A stretch of DNA of 64,000 bases. Origin: Gemmatimonadaceae bacterium (GTDB lineage Bacteria; Gemmatimonadota; Gemmatimonadetes; Gemmatimonadales; Gemmatimonadaceae). Below the pieces are notes generated by a model. That model saw only the letters and a program-made list of their open reading frames with translations. It ran no database searches and had not been told where the DNA came from. Shown piece after piece: positions 9,903 to 18,613 of the stretch. Each line of letters starts with the position of its first letter. Position 1 is the first letter of the stretch. Made by a program: the position numbers and the translations under genes. The stretch lies in the NCBI GenBank assembly GCA_020846935.1, contig JADLCY010000004.1, positions 84,921-148,920 of the forward strand, read 5' to 3'.

Positions 9903-9937
9903 GCGGACGGGCTGGCGATTCACCTGCCCGTCCGCTC
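9901..9937. terminator. bidirectional hairpin between convergent SRPBCC and yceI genes
   Basis: A perfect 12-bp stem, GAGCGGACGGGC (9901-9912) / GCCCGTCCGCTC (9926-9937), encloses a 13-nt loop. It starts inside the TGA of the + strand gene and ends 5 nt before the yceI stop. Confidence 0.6.
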
Positions 9938-9941
9938 GGCC

Positions 9942-10469
9942 TCACGCCGCTTTCACGAACTCCGATTCGATCTCGATCTTCACGTCGTTGCCGACGGTAA
10001 GCCCGCCGGTCTCGAGGATCTGGTTCCAGACGAGACCGTAGGCCTCGCGGTTGATCTTGCCGGTGGCGCTGAAGGCCTTGCGATCGTTGCCCCAGGGATC
10101 CTTGATCGCGCCATCGAACTTCGCGTCGAGCACGATTTCGCGCGTGACTCCGCGGATGGTGAGGTTGCCGACGATGCGGAAGTCACCGTTCACATTGCCC
10201 TCGACTCGCGTGCTGACGAAGTCGAGCGTGGGATGATTGTCGGCATCAAAGAAGTCGGCCGAACGCAGGTGCGCGTCACGCTGCTCGGCGCGCGTGTCGA
10301 TAGAACCCGCGTCGATGGAAGCCGTCACACGGGAGTTGGCCGGATTCTGCTCGTCCAGCGAGATCGTCCCCGTGAACGACGCGAACCGACCGCGGACGGT
10401 GGAGATCATGAGGTGTTTCACGGCAAAGCCGACGTTGGTGTGGGTCGGGTCGATGGTCCAGGTCGTCAT
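9942..10469 (-). CDS. yceI: YceI family (polyisoprenoid-binding) protein
   Basis: WTIDPTHTNVGFAVKHLMISTVRGRFASFTG and SIDTRAEQRDAHLRSADFFDADNHP are hallmark YceI motifs. Confidence 0.85.
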   Translation of the reverse strand: MTTWTIDPTHTNVGFAVKHLMISTVRGRFASFTGTISLDEQNPANSRVTASIDAGSIDTRAEQRDAHLRSADFFDADNHPTLDFVSTRVEGNVNGDFRIVGNLTIRGVTREIVLDAKFDGAIKDPWGNDRKAFSATGKINREAYGLVWNQILETGGLTVGNDVKIEIESEFVKAA

Positions 10470-10498
10470 GGCGAGTTGGGTCGGAGGTGCGTCTTATG

Positions 10499-10519
10499 AC
10501 TAAGTAACTTAGTACTAAG
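10499..10519. promoter_or_regulatory. overlapping perfect palindromes about 30-50 nt upstream of the yceI start
   Basis: ACTAAGT-A-ACTTAGT (10499-10513) overlaps the 12-bp perfect palindrome CTTAGTACTAAG (10508-10519). They sit in an isolated AT-rich patch. Confidence 0.4.
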
Positions 10520-10710
10520 ATAATGTCCGGCGCCGACGCCCGCAAGGGCCTCGGCACGCGCTGGGCGCGCACGCGCAGCTGTGGTGCCTGATTCAGGCGG
10601 GATCGCTGCGGCAGGGCCGGAACCACCTCCACGACCAACACACCTTTCCTGGCGGATGATTCGATGCCCCGCGCCTCGGGGCCGAATCGTTCCGCGAAAA
10701 TCCGGTTCCA

Positions 10711-10740
10711 TTGACGCGGGCGTTGGGGCCCGGCTAGGTT
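10711..10740 (+). promoter_or_regulatory. candidate sigma70-type promoter for the Phe leader transcript
   Basis: TTGACG (10711-10716) is followed by 18 nt and then TAGGTT (10735-10740). The leader ATG lies 8 nt downstream of the -10, so the 5' UTR would be very short or absent. Confidence 0.3.
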
Positions 10741-10747
10741 AGGCGCC

Positions 10748-10822
10748 ATGAACGCCGCCGCCCGCCGCGCCTTTTTCTTCAGCTTTAGCCTCCCACACCC
10801 CGGGGAGAACGGCGGCGCGTAG
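10748..10822 (+). CDS. Phe-rich leader peptide (24 aa) of a transcription attenuator
   Basis: The ATG at 10748 through the TAG at 10820-10822 encodes [24 protein letters not shown]. Four Phe codons fall within five consecutive codons (TTT TTC TTC AGC TTT, 10772-10786). The ORF lies upstream of a terminator and a Phe-biosynthesis gene. Confidence 0.65.
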   Translation: MNAAARRAFFFSFSLPHPGENGGA

Positions 10823-10846
10823 GCAGAAGACGCGATCGAGCCCAAA

Positions 10847-10872
10847 CCTCCCCGAGCGGGGAGGTTTTTTTT
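10847..10872 (+). terminator. rho-independent terminator (attenuator segment 3:4)
   Basis: CCTCCCC (10847-10853), loop GAGC and GGGGAGG (10858-10864) are followed by eight T (10865-10872). The structure ends 41 nt before the ATG at 10914. Confidence 0.75.
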
Positions 10873-10913
10873 GTCCCACGGAATCCCGGAACCAGGAACG
10901 GAGCATTTCCCCG

Positions 10914-12923
10914 ATGAGCCAGTCCATACCCGCCCTTGCCGAACTCCGCGAACGCATCGGCGCCCTCGACACGCAGCTGCTCGAACTGCTCGCGCAGCGG
11001 CAGGAGTGCGCCCGGGCGGTGGCCGAGAGCAAACTCGACGCGGCACTGCCCCTCCGCGACACCGAGCGTGAACGCGTGCTCCTGGGGCAACACGCGCAGC
11101 AGGGGCAGGCCCTTGGGCTGAATCCGCGCTTCGTCACCCGGGTGTTCCAGACGCTCATCGAGGAATCGCTCCGCACCCAGCGGCACACGCTGCAACCGCC
11201 TCCCAAGGCAACCAAAGTGGCCGTGCTCGGCGGGGAAGGATCCTACAGCGCGGCAGCTGCCCGGGCGTGCTTTACCGACAGCGACTACCAGATGGTACCC
11301 GGTCAGAAGTTCAGCGACGTGGTACGCCTGCTGCGCCGCGGCGAGGTCGACTACGCGGTCTTGCCGATCGAAAACAGTCTGACGGGTGCGATCAGCGCGG
11401 TGTACGACCTGCTGCGCGACGGCGACCTCTACATCGTGGGAGAGCACTACCTGCCGATCGTCCACAGCCTCCTCGCGCGTCCCGGTGTCACGCTCGGCGC
11501 ACTCCGACGTGTGCACGGTCACCCGCAATCGCTGGCGCAGTGCGAAACGTTCCTGCAGGGCCACGATCTGCTGCTGCACTACTGTGACAGCACGGCCGAG
11601 GCCCTGCGCACGGTGGCAGCGAGCGCCGAGCCCGACGCGGTGGTCGCCGGCGCAGACGCGGGGCGCGCACAGGGCCTGGTGGTGCTCGCCGAGGGCATCG
11701 CCAACGCACGCGAAGTCGAAACGCGCTTCATCGTGCTCGGCCGCGCGCGGGCAGCGGTACAGGAGTCGGTGGCGGCCAAGACGTCGCTGCTCTTCTCCAC
11801 CTGGTCACGCCCCGGCGCCCTGGTCGACGCACTGCAGGTGTTTCGCGATCGCGGGATCAACCTCACCCGCATCGAGTCGCGACCCATGGAGGGCGAGCCG
11901 TGGCAGATGATGTTCTTCGTCGATGCCGAGGGTAACGCAGACAGCAGCCGATTTGCCGAGGCGCTGCATGACGTGGCGCGGTGTACGCGGCTGTTGCGGG
12001 TGCTTGGCTGCTATCCGAACGATCGGGTTCCGCCGACCGACGTCCCGCTGGCGACGGTCGCGCAGTCGGAGGTCGCCGATGTGCCGGCCGCCGCGGCGCC
12101 GGCCGTACCCTCGGCAAAGGCTCCCGTGGCCAACAAGGCGTGGAAGCTCGCGAGCCGCGCACACAAGCCTGACGACACGATCATCGAGATCGGGCGGGCG
12201 CGCATCGGCGGCAACGGGTTCATGGTGATGGCGGGTCCGTGTTCCGTGGAGTCCGAAGGCCAGATCGAGCAGTGCGCCGAGTGGTCGGCGCAGCACGGCG
12301 CAGCGATGCTGCGCGGAGGGTGCTTCAAGCCGCGCACGTCACCCTACGCGTTCCAGGGCCTTGGCCTTCCGGGACTGGCCATGATGAAGGCCGCGGGCCA
12401 ACGCCACGGCCTGCCGATCATCACCGAGGTCATGGCTCCCGAGCAGGTCGACGACATCGCCGCTCAATCCGATGCCCTTCAGATCGGCGCACGCAACATG
12501 CAGAACTTCAGCCTGCTCAAGGCGGTGGGGAGAACGCACCTGCCGGTCCTGCTCAAGCGTGGGTTGATGAGTTCCGTGGACGAGTTGCTGCAGGCGGCCG
12601 AGTACATCCTGGCGGGCGGCAATCAGCAGGTGATGCTGTGCGAGCGCGGCATCCGCACTTTCGAGACGGCGACCCGCAACACCTTGGACCTGAGTGCGGT
12701 ACCCGTGCTCCGGGAGCTCACGCACCTGCCCATCATCGTGGACCCGTCGCACGCCGTGGGCCGTCGCGATCTCGTGGTGCCCATGGCGCTGGCTGCCAAG
12801 GCCGTTGGGGCGCACGGCATCATCGTCGAGTTCCACCCGCAGCCCGAGCAGGCCCTGTCCGACGGCCCGCAGGCGCTGTACTTCGAGCAGTTTGCCCAGA
12901 TGATGCAAAAGCTTCGTAGCTGA
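10914..12923 (+). CDS. pheA: fusion protein: chorismate mutase + prephenate dehydratase + ACT domain (P-protein) + type I-beta DAHP synthase
   Basis: Residues 1-90 form an AroQ-type chorismate mutase ([31 protein letters not shown]). Residues about 101-280 form the prephenate dehydratase ([30 protein letters not shown]). Residues about 289-367 form the ACT domain ([18 protein letters not shown]). Residues about 368-420 are an Ala/Pro-rich linker. Residues about 421-669 form the DAHP synthase ([27 protein letters not shown]). Confidence 0.9.
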   Translation: MSQSIPALAELRERIGALDTQLLELLAQRQECARAVAESKLDAALPLRDTERERVLLGQHAQQGQALGLNPRFVTRVFQTLIEESLRTQRHTLQPPPKATKVAVLGGEGSYSAAAARACFTDSDYQMVPGQKFSDVVRLLRRGEVDYAVLPIENSLTGAISAVYDLLRDGDLYIVGEHYLPIVHSLLARPGVTLGALRRVHGHPQSLAQCETFLQGHDLLLHYCDSTAEALRTVAASAEPDAVVAGADAGRAQGLVVLAEGIANAREVETRFIVLGRARAAVQESVAAKTSLLFSTWSRPGALVDALQVFRDRGINLTRIESRPMEGEPWQMMFFVDAEGNADSSRFAEALHDVARCTRLLRVLGCYPNDRVPPTDVPLATVAQSEVADVPAAAAPAVPSAKAPVANKAWKLASRAHKPDDTIIEIGRARIGGNGFMVMAGPCSVESEGQIEQCAEWSAQHGAAMLRGGCFKPRTSPYAFQGLGLPGLAMMKAAGQRHGLPIITEVMAPEQVDDIAAQSDALQIGARNMQNFSLLKAVGRTHLPVLLKRGLMSSVDELLQAAEYILAGGNQQVMLCERGIRTFETATRNTLDLSAVPVLRELTHLPIIVDPSHAVGRRDLVVPMALAAKAVGAHGIIVEFHPQPEQALSDGPQALYFEQFAQMMQKLRS

Positions 12924-12969
12924 CACCGGGTTGTCCCGGTCACACCGAAACGTGCGCATATTCCGCCAC

Positions 12970-14106
12970 ATGCGAATCTCGCTCACACGCGCGGCGCTCC
13001 TCGGCGTCCTGTCTGCGGCGACCGTCGACGCACAGTCGGTGGCCGTGACGCTCCTCTCCACCAGGGAGGTCGCGCTCGACGGCGGTGCAACCGAAATGCG
13101 CGGTCTGGTAGCGCTCGACATCTCCGGTACCCGGGTTCCCAAGCGATTCGTGCTGCGTGTGCCGCCCGTCGCGACATGGAACGGCGGGCTCGTGATCGGG
13201 GCGCACGGCGGCAGTGGCGGCGACAACTACGATCGCAGCGGCAAGGTCATTGGCACGGACGAGTCGGCACTCGACGACGTCGTGGGGCGGCAGGCACTCT
13301 CGATGGGATTTGCCTATGCCAGTGTCGATCGTGATGGCGCGGGCGCCTGGCGCGAAGGCTACGGGCTCACGCGCCAGTTCACACGTATCGCCGCCGAGCA
13401 GGTGGCACGGCGCCTGGGCCGCGCGCCGGCACGCACGTATCTCGTTGGCCTTTCGGCGGGCGGTGGCATTGCCCGTCTTGCGGCTGAGGACTCGCTCCGT
13501 GCGTACGCCGGTGTACTGATCATCGCCGGCGCTGGCGGCGACCGGCCAACGCGTCTCGATCGACAGCGCCGGATGGCGGAGCTGTGGCCGCAGGTCGATC
13601 CGCGAACCAGGCCAGAGCTGCCAGCCGACAGTCCGCTCCTCCGTGCCTACGCCGATGCGGTGGGTACGCCGATCGCGGCGCGGCGCCTGTGGCCATACAC
13701 CGGTGCGAGCGCCGTCGCCGCGACCTCTCGCGCCGCACCCGCGCGAACCGACGACGCGACCGGCGTGGTTCAGGTTCCCACGATCGAAGTCGTCGGGAGC
13801 TGGGACGATCTCGTGATCCGTGAGATCCGAGCGTACGATGCACGCGTACGACCGCGCGACCTCCACCGACTCTACGAGGTCGACGGTGCATGGCACATGT
13901 CGCCCGACGACGATGGCGTGTGGTCGTTCCAGTACATCGCGGAGACGCGCATGAAGCTCGGGAGCGACGTCGCCGACGCGATGGGCGAGGGCGCATCCTA
14001 CCTGCCGACCGTGCGCGATGCCTTCAGGCACCCGGTGCGGTGGGTCGAGCAGTCGGTTCCACCTCCGCCCAGTCGGGTGGTTCGGCCAGCGGATGGCCTG
14101 CAGTAA
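12970..14106 (+). CDS. secreted alpha/beta-hydrolase-fold protein, unknown specificity
   Basis: It has a signal peptide ([22 protein letters not shown]) and a candidate nucleophile elbow, [13 protein letters not shown] recognised no closer family. Confidence 0.5.
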   Translation: MRISLTRAALLGVLSAATVDAQSVAVTLLSTREVALDGGATEMRGLVALDISGTRVPKRFVLRVPPVATWNGGLVIGAHGGSGGDNYDRSGKVIGTDESALDDVVGRQALSMGFAYASVDRDGAGAWREGYGLTRQFTRIAAEQVARRLGRAPARTYLVGLSAGGGIARLAAEDSLRAYAGVLIIAGAGGDRPTRLDRQRRMAELWPQVDPRTRPELPADSPLLRAYADAVGTPIAARRLWPYTGASAVAATSRAAPARTDDATGVVQVPTIEVVGSWDDLVIREIRAYDARVRPRDLHRLYEVDGAWHMSPDDDGVWSFQYIAETRMKLGSDVADAMGEGASYLPTVRDAFRHPVRWVEQSVPPPPSRVVRPADGLQ

Positions 14107-14121
14107 CACACACACCTCGCG

Positions 14122-15006
14122 ATGACCTCGTCCTCTGGCGTCCTGCTCGACCTGCTCGACCTCGAACCCCTCGAAGTCAACATCTATCGCGGTCAGAACC
14201 GCGACCTCGGTGCGGGGCGGGTGTTCGGCGGCCAGGTGTTCGCGCAGGCTCTGGTCGCGGCGCGTCGAACGGTCGCCGAACCGCGGGAAGCACACTCGGC
14301 GCACGGATACTTCATTCTCCCCGGCGATCTCGCCGCCCCGATCGTCTACTTCGTCGATCGGCTTCGCGACGGCGGAAGCTTTGCGACGCGTCGCGTGACG
14401 GCGATCCAGCACGGCCAGGCGATCTTCAACCTCTCGGCATCGTTCCATCGCGCCGAAGACGGCCGGTCGCACCAGACGCCGATGCCAGAGGTGCCAGCGC
14501 CCGAATCACTCGCGCCCGAGCTGCAGCTCATTCGCGAGATGGCGGACCGCATCCCCGAGCCGCTGCGCGGTGTGCTCACGCAGGATCGACCGATCGACTT
14601 CCGACCGGTGGACCCGATCGACCCGTTCCGACCTGCGGCGCCGAGCGCGCCCGTGCGTCACGTCTGGTTCCGGGCCGTGGGCTCACTGCCTGACGAGTCC
14701 CTGATTCACCAGGCGGTGCTTGCCTACGCGTCCGACTACGGGCTCATCACCACCGCGCTTCAGCCACATGGTCTCACGTTTCGTTCGCGCGGGCTGCAGA
14801 TGGCGTCGCTCGATCATTCGGTCTGGATGCACCGGCCGTTTCGCGTGGATGACTGGCTGCTGTACGCCATGGACAGTCCGGTGGCCGCCGGGGCCCGTGG
14901 CTTTGCACGCGGGACCGTGTATACGCGCACCGGCGAGCTCGTCGCCTCCGTCGCGCAGGAGGGCCTCATGCGGGTTCGTGTCGAGCCCACACCACCCAAC
15001 CAATGA
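14122..15006 (+). CDS. tesB: acyl-CoA thioesterase II
   Basis: The protein is a double hot-dog. LLDLLDLEPLEVNIYRG, GRVFGGQVFAQAL, HSAHGYFILPGD and DGGSFATRRVTAIQHG are characteristic of TesB. Confidence 0.85.
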   Translation: MTSSSGVLLDLLDLEPLEVNIYRGQNRDLGAGRVFGGQVFAQALVAARRTVAEPREAHSAHGYFILPGDLAAPIVYFVDRLRDGGSFATRRVTAIQHGQAIFNLSASFHRAEDGRSHQTPMPEVPAPESLAPELQLIREMADRIPEPLRGVLTQDRPIDFRPVDPIDPFRPAAPSAPVRHVWFRAVGSLPDESLIHQAVLAYASDYGLITTALQPHGLTFRSRGLQMASLDHSVWMHRPFRVDDWLLYAMDSPVAAGARGFARGTVYTRTGELVASVAQEGLMRVRVEPTPPNQ

Positions 15007-16013
15007 TGCTGCCCAGGGTTCTCGGCGCATTCGCCATGGCGCTCGCCGTTCGCGCGGGAGCTGCGCAACAGGTGCATAAGCTGCCGGCCACGCCGCAAAC
15101 CGTCGTCTACGGCTACTACTGGGCCGAGGCAAAGCCGGTGCTGCGGATCAGGTCGGGCGACATCATCGACGTCGAGACGATGATCACGAGCACGCCGCAG
15201 CGCCTGGAGGCGGCAGGGTTGTCGGCAACCGACGTGCAGCAGGCGCTCCGCGACATCGTGGCTCAGGTGACGGATCGCGGCCCGGGCGGGCATATCCTCA
15301 CGGGGCCGGTATACGTCGAGGGAGCCGAGCCGGGAGACGTGCTCGAGGTGAAGGTCCTCTCGATCGGGCTGCCCACTGCCTATGGGTACAATGCATGTCA
15401 GGGCTTCATGCGCGAGCTGTGTGAACGACCCACGACGACCATCGTGCCCCTCGATCGCCAGCGCATGACCGCCGAGTTCCTGCCCGGCATCACCGTGCCG
15501 CTGCGGCCGTTCTTCGGCAGCATGGGCGTGGCACCGCCGCCGGCGCGCGGGCGTGTGAGTTCCGCTCCTCCGGACATCCACGCCGGGAACCTCGACAACA
15601 AGGAACTCGTGGTGGGCACGACGCTCTACATCCCCGTACACGTCGCGGGCGCCTTGTTCGAGGTGGGGGACGGGCACGCCGCGCAGGGCGATGGCGAGGT
15701 GGACATCACCGCCATCGAGACATCGCTCACCGGGCGACTGCAGCTCACGGTGCGCAAGGACATGAAGCTCGAATGGCCGCTGGGGGAAACGCGCACGCAC
15801 TGGATCACGATGGGCATGGACAAGGATCTCACGGTCGCGACGCGCATCTGCGTACAGAACACCGTCAGGTTTCTCATGGAGCGCGCGAGGCTTACGCAGA
15901 CGGAGGCCTATCAGCTCACCAGCGTGGCGGTGGATCTGCGCATCACGCAGTTGGTCGATGGCAACGTCGGCGTCCATGCCATGATCGACAAGGCACTGCT
16001 GGCTCGGCGCTGA
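15003..16013 (+). CDS. acetamidase/formamidase family protein (secreted)
   Basis: HILTGPVYVEGAEPGDVLEV, GNLDNKEL and FEVGDGHAAQGDGEVDITAIE are present. The ATGA start/stop overlap with tesB occupies 15003-15006. Confidence 0.8.
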   Translation: MMLPRVLGAFAMALAVRAGAAQQVHKLPATPQTVVYGYYWAEAKPVLRIRSGDIIDVETMITSTPQRLEAAGLSATDVQQALRDIVAQVTDRGPGGHILTGPVYVEGAEPGDVLEVKVLSIGLPTAYGYNACQGFMRELCERPTTTIVPLDRQRMTAEFLPGITVPLRPFFGSMGVAPPPARGRVSSAPPDIHAGNLDNKELVVGTTLYIPVHVAGALFEVGDGHAAQGDGEVDITAIETSLTGRLQLTVRKDMKLEWPLGETRTHWITMGMDKDLTVATRICVQNTVRFLMERARLTQTEAYQLTSVAVDLRITQLVDGNVGVHAMIDKALLARR

Positions 16014-16088
16014 GTTGTCGGGGCGCGGCTCTCCCGGCGCGCGCTGCGGCGCGTCAATTTGGTGCCGGATCGTCAGCCTGGAGGACGG

Positions 16089-17807
16089 ATGTCGCGACAG
16101 ACGCGGAAGGAGTTCCTCACGTTCGGTGCGCTGCTGGCCGGAGCGGCCACCATCGCGCGGGCGCCCTTTGCCCGGAGCGCGGCCGCCGAGCCGGAGCCGC
16201 CGCAGCAGAATCGTGGCAGTGGCATCGAGGCCGATAGCGTGGTGGTGAACGCACACGTCCACACGTCCGACGCGGCTCAGCCGCGCGCCGAGGCGTTCGC
16301 GGTGAAGGATGGGCGGATTCTTGCCGTCGGGCGATCGGCCGACATCCGGAACCTGGCGACGGCGCGCACGACGGTGATCGATGCTGCGGGGATGTTCGTG
16401 GCGCCCGGCTTCATCGACTGTCACAGTCACCCGAGCGGCATCAACGAGCTGTTCGGCGTGAACGCCAATGTGCGCACGGTGGCCGAGCTGCGCGCGAATA
16501 TCGGCAGGCGCGTGGCTCAGGTGCCGGCGAATCAGTGGGTCGAGGCGTTCATGTTCGACGACACCAAGCTCGATGTGCCGTTGACGCGTCAGCACCTGGA
16601 CGACATCTCGCCCAACCATCCCGTCTCGGTGAACCACCGCGGTGGGCACACGAGCTGGTACAACAGCAAGGCGCTCGAACTTGCGGGGGTGACACGGACG
16701 ACGCCCGATCCGGATCACGGGCGGTTCTTCCGGGATGAGCGGGGCGAGCTGACCGGACGCGTGGCCGAGCTGGCGCGGGGAGTATTCGCTCGGGTCGGCG
16801 TGCGCGAGCGCTTCTCGCCGGAACAGGAACGCGAGCGCGCGCGCCAGGGCATGCAGCACATGTCCCGCGAGTTCGCGAAGGTGGGACTCACGAGCGTGCA
16901 CGACGCGGGCACGAGTGCCGACAAGATCCGCGCCTACGAGGATGTGCAGCGCGCGGGAGAGCTGCGGCACCGCGCATGGATGATGATCCGCGGGGCCGCC
17001 TACCGCCAACTGCGCGATGCCGGCGTGTACAGTGGCTTCGGTGACGAGTGGGTGCGCGTCGGTGGCGTGAAGTACTCGGCGGATGGATCGGCGTCGGAGC
17101 GCACCATGCGCATGAGCACCCCGTACGTCGGCACCGACGACCATGGAATCCTGACGATGACGCAGCAGGAGATCCACGAAGCGGTGCAGGACGCGCACCG
17201 GAAGGGATGGCAGGTGGGCATCCATGCCAACGGGGACGTCACGATCGACATGGTGCTGCAGGCCTACGAACGCGTGTTGCAGGAAGCGCCGCACCCCGAT
17301 CGCCGTCACCGCATCGAGCATTGCACACTCGTGAACCCCTCGCTGCTGGAGCGTATCAAGGCAACGGGCACGATTCCCACGCCGTTCTGGACCTACGTCT
17401 ACTACCACGGTGAGAAGTGGTCGCAGTACGGTGACGACAAACTGCGCTGGATGTTCGCTCACCGCTCGTTTCTCGACATGGGGATCCGCGTGCCGGGCGC
17501 CTCGGACTACGGGCCGGGGCCGTACGAGCCACTGATGGCCATCCAGAGCATGGTCACGCGCCGGGACTATCGCGGCCGCGAATGGGGCCCGAACCAGAAG
17601 GTCTCGATCGATGAGGCGCTGAGCATCGCGACCATCAACGGCGCGTATGCCTCCTATGAAGAGCGGGTGAAGGGCTCGATCACGCCGGGCAAATACGCGG
17701 ACTTCGTGATCCTCGAACGCTCGCCGGCGGATGTGGCGCCGGATACGATCAAGGACATCCGGATCGTGCGCACCGTGGCCGGTGGCCGCACCACCCATCA
17801 GACGTGA
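16089..17807 (+). CDS. Amidohydro_3 family metal-dependent hydrolase with Tat-type signal
   Basis: GGAGGA precedes the ATG at 16089. The N-terminus is MSRQTRKEFLTFGALLAGAATIARAPFA. The FIDCHSHP metal site, IHANGD and GASDYGPGP are also present. Confidence 0.8.
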   Translation: MSRQTRKEFLTFGALLAGAATIARAPFARSAAAEPEPPQQNRGSGIEADSVVVNAHVHTSDAAQPRAEAFAVKDGRILAVGRSADIRNLATARTTVIDAAGMFVAPGFIDCHSHPSGINELFGVNANVRTVAELRANIGRRVAQVPANQWVEAFMFDDTKLDVPLTRQHLDDISPNHPVSVNHRGGHTSWYNSKALELAGVTRTTPDPDHGRFFRDERGELTGRVAELARGVFARVGVRERFSPEQERERARQGMQHMSREFAKVGLTSVHDAGTSADKIRAYEDVQRAGELRHRAWMMIRGAAYRQLRDAGVYSGFGDEWVRVGGVKYSADGSASERTMRMSTPYVGTDDHGILTMTQQEIHEAVQDAHRKGWQVGIHANGDVTIDMVLQAYERVLQEAPHPDRRHRIEHCTLVNPSLLERIKATGTIPTPFWTYVYYHGEKWSQYGDDKLRWMFAHRSFLDMGIRVPGASDYGPGPYEPLMAIQSMVTRRDYRGREWGPNQKVSIDEALSIATINGAYASYEERVKGSITPGKYADFVILERSPADVAPDTIKDIRIVRTVAGGRTTHQT

Positions 17808-18511
17808 GCTCGGATCGACCATCGCGGGCCGACGCGAGGGCGCAACTGACCTTGGGAGTCATCACGCTGGGGCAGTCGCCGCACCCGGAACTCGAGCAGG
17901 CGTTCGTCGACGCGGCGTCCACGGTCCGCGTGCGTGTGCGCGGTGCGCTCGATGGGCTGGGACCGCAGGAGATCGCCGACCTTGCCCGGCGGCGTACCGA
18001 CGCGCCCGTCCTCGTGCGCCTGGTCGATGGTTCGACGCGCACGATAGGCATGGAGTGGCTGCACCCGCTGGTCGAACGACTGGCGCGCGAACTCATGGAA
18101 GCGGATGCGCGCCTCATCGTCATCGCATGCACGGGAGACTTCCCGCCGTGTCGCTGCGAGGTGCCCATCCTCCAGCCATCGGTCGTGTGCCGAAACGAAC
18201 TGGCCGCGAGGAGTCCCCGGGCCCGCGTGGGCATCGTGGCGCCGGTCGAGGCCGAGGCGCGGGTGACGGCGGCGCGATGGCTGGCGGATGGCTTCCTCCC
18301 GGTCGTGACCTGGGCCTCGCCACGACGCCATGTGGAGGTGATGCGGGCGGGCCAGGCGATGCGTGATGCCGACGTCGACGTGGTCATGCTGGACGACCTT
18401 GGACACGATGTGGGGAGCGCCGAGGAGTTCGCGCGGCGCTGTGGAAAGACTGTCGTGACGGCGCGAGCGCTCGTGGCGCGCGCGGTGCAGGCGGAGCTGC
18501 TCACCCGCTAG
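17804..18511 (+). CDS. AroM-like (Asp/Glu-racemase-fold) protein of unknown function
   Basis: LTLGVITLGQSP, LIVIACTGDF, VGIVAPVEAE and DVVMLDDLGH resemble the AroM family as I recall it. The GTGA overlap with the upstream amidohydrolase stop occupies 17804-17807. Confidence 0.55.
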   Translation: MSSDRPSRADARAQLTLGVITLGQSPHPELEQAFVDAASTVRVRVRGALDGLGPQEIADLARRRTDAPVLVRLVDGSTRTIGMEWLHPLVERLARELMEADARLIVIACTGDFPPCRCEVPILQPSVVCRNELAARSPRARVGIVAPVEAEARVTAARWLADGFLPVVTWASPRRHVEVMRAGQAMRDADVDVVMLDDLGHDVGSAEEFARRCGKTVVTARALVARAVQAELLTR

Positions 18512-18613
18512 CCGCGCCCCGATAGCGGGCTCGGCGTCGCGGTTCGGTGGACGACGGCGGGATTCCGGGAGAGATTCGCGGACGCTTTCGTCGATCCCCT
18601 GTCCCCGCGTCCC

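Noticed and set aside
10276-11579. 256-aa and 264-aa minus-strand ORFs across the yceI-pheA intergenic region
   Set aside because: Both are antisense to the pheA fusion gene and run through the attenuator and terminator. Both are low complexity and Arg-rich.
14814-17822. 1002-aa ORF on the minus strand
   Set aside because: It runs antisense to three plus-strand genes with clear enzyme motifs (tesB end, formamidase, amidohydrolase). Its translation is Arg/His/Pro/Gly-rich low complexity with no motif. This is a typical high-GC shadow ORF.
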